Shown: piece by piece, positions 24,880 through 27,978 of the stretch
Position numbering within the stretch: position 1 is the first letter of the stretch
Layout: each line of letters begins with the position of its first letter
DNA from: Candidatus Bathyarchaeota archaeon
Lineage (GTDB): Archaea > Thermoproteota > Bathyarchaeia > TCS64
Assembly: GCA_043826455.1 (NCBI GenBank)
Contig: JBDRQD010000050.1
Span: forward strand, 1 to 27,978
Length of the DNA stretch: 27,978 nucleotides
Direction: 5' to 3'
Position numbers and translations under genes: made by a program
The notes under the pieces: model-generated
What the model was told of the DNA's origin: nothing
What the model saw: the letters and a program-made list of their open reading frames with translations, nothing else
Database searches by the model: none

Positions 24880-25293
24880 CTAGTACTCCCTGTAGGCCTC
24901 GGCCAGAGGGTGGCCCTTGCAGTCCAGGGTGAAGGCCTTGTACCATCCGAAGGGGCTCTTATGTGTCTCCAGGCCCTCCTTCTCCAGGGCCTCCACCAGG
25001 TCGGCGAGGAACTGTTTAGCTCTCCGTGGGCTGCCCAGCTGGTGGCTCAGGTGGGCGTAGGGGTACAGCAGAACATTCTTGCAGCCTATGCGGCCCGTGT
25101 CTGTCTTGATGTTCTCCACGTAGGCCCCGATGATCTCGGCTTCTCTGCCCTCATCGGGTTTCTCGTAGCACGTGAAGCAGACTAGGACGTTCTCGTAGGT
25201 GCCCTCCTTGGGGTGGGGGGGCTGCTCAGCGACCGGGGTCTCCTTGGTGACCCTGTAGGTGAACTCCGTGCAGTGGAGCTGAAGAACCTTCAA
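24880..25293 (-). CDS. Free-standing archaeal threonyl-tRNA synthetase editing domain (Ser-tRNA(Thr) deacylase-like)
   Basis: MKVLQLHC, LLYPYAHLS and SPFGWYKAFTLDCKGHPLAE. It is 137 aa and stops right after the editing domain. Confidence 0.92.
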   Translation of the reverse strand: MKVLQLHCTEFTYRVTKETPVAEQPPHPKEGTYENVLVCFTCYEKPDEGREAEIIGAYVENIKTDTGRIGCKNVLLYPYAHLSHQLGSPRRAKQFLADLVEALEKEGLETHKSPFGWYKAFTLDCKGHPLAEAYREY

Positions 25294-25332
25294 TGGTATC
25301 CCGTGAAGATTGGGGCTGAAGGTTTAAGGGGT

Positions 25333-25821
25333 TTACTCCTTGCGCTCGCCGGCGGCCTTGATTATGTTCTCGGCCTGCTTCTCAGAGATGCCTGTGGCCT
25401 GGGCCAGCTCAGCTGCCTTAGCTCCCCTGATCTTCTCCACCGAGCCGTACCCTCCGTCCTTCAGCTTCTGGGCCATCACGGCGCCGACCCCCTTTATGGT
25501 GCTGGGGTCCTCCGCTGTCGCTGTTTCAGCTTTCACTGTTTTACCTTCTCTGTTGAGGGTGATGGATATACAGGAGACGTTCCTGGTCTGCTGCTCTGCG
25601 TCAACGATCTTCTCTGTGTCTATCTGGATCACTGGCTTGGATAGGTTTGTCATGTACCTGTTCCTGGTGATCTCGGCCACGTCCACCGCGGTGGTTATTG
25701 CCCTGCCTCGGGCCTTAAGCACGACGCTGTCAGCATCTCCTCTGTTGAGGGACGTGAGTACGGCCATCACATAGCTCATCGTTGGCTTTCTTCCGATGTA
25801 TACGGTGTTAGCTCGACTCAT
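25333..25821 (-). CDS. albA: Alba DNA/RNA-binding protein with C-terminal helix-hairpin-helix domain
   Basis: Alba motifs VYIGRKPTMSYV, VVLKARGRAITTAVDVAE and RNVSCISITL, followed by an (HhH)2 region IKGVGAVMAQKLKDGGYGSVEKI...ELAQATGISEKQAENIIKAA. Confidence 0.92.
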   Translation of the reverse strand: MSRANTVYIGRKPTMSYVMAVLTSLNRGDADSVVLKARGRAITTAVDVAEITRNRYMTNLSKPVIQIDTEKIVDAEQQTRNVSCISITLNREGKTVKAETATAEDPSTIKGVGAVMAQKLKDGGYGSVEKIRGAKAAELAQATGISEKQAENIIKAAGERKE

Positions 25822-25953
25822 GTTAGACCAATGTGAGTGTAAATACTGAGCTTAAAAGTCCATCCTTTTTAAGAGGCGTTTTTTCGATGCGTTCAACGTA
25901 TGGAACTCTAAAACTAAGCATTAATCATGACGCTGATGCCAGTTGTTGGAGGA

Positions 25954-26334
25954 TTAATAGTCATAGATGTAGGAGGTGAGAATCTGATCGGCCTCAACGG
26001 TGTTCTTGAATGCGCAGTCGCCCACGGTGCGGAGGACACTGCCCGACCTCTCGTCGATGCCTTTGATGATGGTGCTGGTGCCCGCGTATATCTTACTGTT
26101 TATCTCGTGCAGAATGATCCTTCCGCCCAGGAGGAGGGACGATGCCAAGAAAATGAGGCCTATGCTGACGTATATGGTGCACGACCATATGATGCCCGTC
26201 TTGAAGCTGGTGTTGAAAGCCTTGGATAACATGTAGCCCATGAAGGGGTGGATCAATATTTCATCAGGCGTCGGGACCACAATGTAGATTCCGACGGCCA
26301 AGAGGGCGAAGGAGAGGGGCAATCTTCTCATCAT
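25954..26334 (-). CDS. Hypothetical membrane protein
   Basis: 126 aa with two hydrophobic segments flanking a PTPDE motif. Confidence 0.65.
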   Translation of the reverse strand: MMRRLPLSFALLAVGIYIVVPTPDEILIHPFMGYMLSKAFNTSFKTGIIWSCTIYVSIGLIFLASSLLLGGRIILHEINSKIYAGTSTIIKGIDERSGSVLRTVGDCAFKNTVEADQILTSYIYDY

Positions 26335-26486
26335 GGTTTGTTGTTCGGTGAGTTAGCGTATCGTGTTTGTGGTTTCATGGTTAGTTAGCCGCGTATGGTA
26401 TTGCAATATTATATTATAGTTCGGTTATCTCTGTCCGTATTATTTGCATGAACGGGTAACTTTTCACCGTCGCTGGGGCAAGGTAT

Positions 26487-26513
26487 GGTTACTCTCTCTA
26501 TGTGAGAGCAACC
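26487..26513. repeat. Inverted repeat/hairpin GGTTACTCTC-N7-GAGAGCAACC
   Basis: 10-bp arms with one mismatch, which becomes a G-U pair if the minus strand is transcribed. It lies in a 480-bp intergenic region. Confidence 0.45.
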
Positions 26514-26577
26514 TACAGAATGAAAACAAACCCTAAACGAGGCTTATCGCAGCAATAAAACGAGCCGTCCGTGCCAA

Positions 26578-26602
26578 TGTTACGTTTTGAAGACGCGTAA
26601 CA
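26578..26602. repeat. Inverted repeat TGTTACG-N11-CGTAACA
   Basis: Perfect 7-bp arms in the same intergenic region. Confidence 0.4.
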
Positions 26603-26815
26603 AACCAAGTTTCGTCACAGAATTAAGCGACATAATGGATCATGATGAGACTTTACTTATCCGTATAAAACAAAGCCATTGGTGCACAGGCGCGAACGAA
26701 GCCACCTTAAATACAGTTCACGAAGAACACTGAAGCCGCACACCGTCAACACAGTTAGACCAGGTTTGCGTGGACTCTAAATAGTTGGTCGGCGCGACTA
26801 TTCTCAGGTGAAAAC

Positions 26816-27598
26816 ATGGGATTCTGGCCAAAAGGCTACCAGTGCTGCGTGAACATCAGCTTCGACTACGACAGCAACAGCGCACTGGTGAGACGAGAGC
26901 CCCTTGACATAGTGGCCCAGAGCAGGGGCAGGTTCGCCCCCAACGTGGCCATAGGCCGAATACTGGACCTGCTGGACGAGCACGACATCAAGGCGACGTT
27001 CTTCACACCCGGGTGGACCATCGACATGTTCACGGAGAGCTGCCACGAGATAGTGAGCAGGGGCCACGAGATGGCGGCCCACGGTTATCTCCACGAGCGC
27101 TTGGCCGAGATCAGCTGGGAGAGCGAGCGCGGTGTCTTCGAGAAATGCGCCCAGAGCTTCGAGAAGCTGGGCGTCAAACCCGAGGGCTTCAGGGCTCCCT
27201 ACTGGCTGATAAGCGACAGGACTCTCAGCCTCATCCAGGAGCTGGGGTTCAGGTACGACAGCAACTTCATGGACAACGATATGCCCTACATGCTCCAGTG
27301 GCGGGGCAAGGACACGGGCCTCGTGGAGCTCCCCGTGGAGTGGATGCTGGACGACTGGCCCCACTTCGAGACCAACAGGATGACTCCGCCCCAGGTCTAC
27401 GACATCTGGAGACCCGAGTTCGAGGGCATCTACGAGTTGGGCCGCTACTTCGGGTTGACGTGCCACCCCCAGTGTATCGGCCGTGTAAGTCGGCTGAAGG
27501 TGCTGGATAGGCTTCTAACGGAGATGGAGGAGAAGGGGGACGTCTGGTTTGCCTCATGTAAGGAGGTGGCGGACTGGACCCGGAAGAAGCTGGGCTGA
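26816..27598 (+). CDS. Polysaccharide deacetylase (CE4) family protein, PuuE/HpPgdA-like subgroup
   Basis: ISFDYD, ATFFTPG, GHEMAAHGYLHE, GFRAPYW, YDS, DDWPHF and CHPQCIGR. AGGTGA RBS; no signal peptide. Confidence 0.92.
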   Translation: MGFWPKGYQCCVNISFDYDSNSALVRREPLDIVAQSRGRFAPNVAIGRILDLLDEHDIKATFFTPGWTIDMFTESCHEIVSRGHEMAAHGYLHERLAEISWESERGVFEKCAQSFEKLGVKPEGFRAPYWLISDRTLSLIQELGFRYDSNFMDNDMPYMLQWRGKDTGLVELPVEWMLDDWPHFETNRMTPPQVYDIWRPEFEGIYELGRYFGLTCHPQCIGRVSRLKVLDRLLTEMEEKGDVWFASCKEVADWTRKKLG

Positions 27599-27893
27599 GC
27601 TAGCACTATCTGAGGATATGGGGTCCTCTACTTTGGCCTAGTATCGTGGGCATGAGTTCACTTGGGCCTCGTGCTCCTCTGCCAGGGATGTGCCCTAATG
27701 ATGAAAATATTCGCCATTAATTGATACCCTCCCTACATTTTTTCGCATGTTCTCCATTGCGCTGTGCTTTGTGCTGATTGTGCCGTGTTTTTGTATGGTA
27801 TGGATAGCGTTTTTGCGTAGAATGGGATCGTATCGGACCGGTTCCGTGGCTCCTTTTGGCGTGGGGCGGCCGTTTCCGGTTTTTCTTGCTCTA

Positions 27894-27906
27894 CCCCCCT
27901 CCCCCC
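27894..27906 (-). repeat. G6-A-G6 tract, copy 2 of the intergenic GGGGGGAGGGGGG motif
   Basis: CCCCCCTCCCCCC on the + strand. Confidence 0.5.
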
Positions 27907-27978
27907 TCTCTGGGGCTGTGGTGCTGGCGTGGTGAGTGTAACGTTTTCCGGGAGTGGCTTATCCCATGCCGGACGGGA

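Noticed and set aside
25851..25873. Inverted repeat CTTAAAA-N9-TTTTAAG upstream of alba
   Set aside because: Adequately explained as TATA-like AT boxes; too low in complexity to call an operator.
27747..27935. 62-aa + strand ORF near the right end (and the 61-aa ORF at 5334-5519)
   Set aside because: Apparent hydrophobicity arises from G/T-skewed non-coding sequence, there is no RBS, and the right-end ORF spans the homopolymer tract.
27860..27950. Possible replication origin (G-string plus GGAAAC-like words; similar at 5240-5451)
   Set aside because: Order and spacing do not fit ORB (TCCA..GAAAC followed by a G-string), there are no repeated ORBs, and no cdc6/orc1 is in the window.
1..27978. 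Amber (pyrrolysine) recoding, CRISPR arrays, tRNA/rRNA genes, IS elements, prophage or defence islands
   Set aside because: TAG ends many full-length conserved proteins at their expected C-termini. By eye I saw no spaced repeats, cloverleafs, transposase or integrase motifs, or terminal inverted repeats. A tRNAscan/Infernal run would be needed to exclude small RNAs.

Overview
A GC-rich archaeal chromosomal window. The archaeal assignment rests on an archaeal-type SAM synthetase, Hel308, Alba, an archaeal ThrRS editing domain and TATA-like boxes. Bacterial-type grpE-dnaK/dnaJ and an Etf/FAD-dehydrogenase operon are also present. The gene mix suggests an anaerobic TACK lineage such as Bathyarchaeia, which is inference only. 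About 28 protein-coding genes are supported, mostly housekeeping, repair or proteostasis: mat, nth, asnB-like, hel308, CinA-like, OsmC, purA, dnaJ, M28 peptidase, dnaK, grpE, YbaK, etfB/etfA/lctD-like, DUF3795, ThrRS-ed, Alba and a polysaccharide deacetylase family protein. I found no rRNA, tRNA, CRISPR array, transposase or integrase. The most unusual signals are: (1) Alba fused to a C-terminal double helix-hairpin-helix domain; (2) a DnaK whose phosphate-2 loop reads FSFGGGTND instead of (Y/F)DLGGGTFD, with a peptidase and an unknown membrane protein between dnaK and dnaJ and a palindrome next to the grpE TATA box; (3) an EtfB / ferredoxin-EtfA / LctD-like operon with electron-bifurcation motifs; (4) a co-oriented cluster of an EVE/PUA-like protein, a Cys-less AsnB-like ligase and endonuclease III; (5) a minimal stand-alone ThrRS editing domain; (6) an orphan LivH-like permease next to a membrane-bound methyltransferase. 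All family assignments come from motif recognition by eye; no searches were run.
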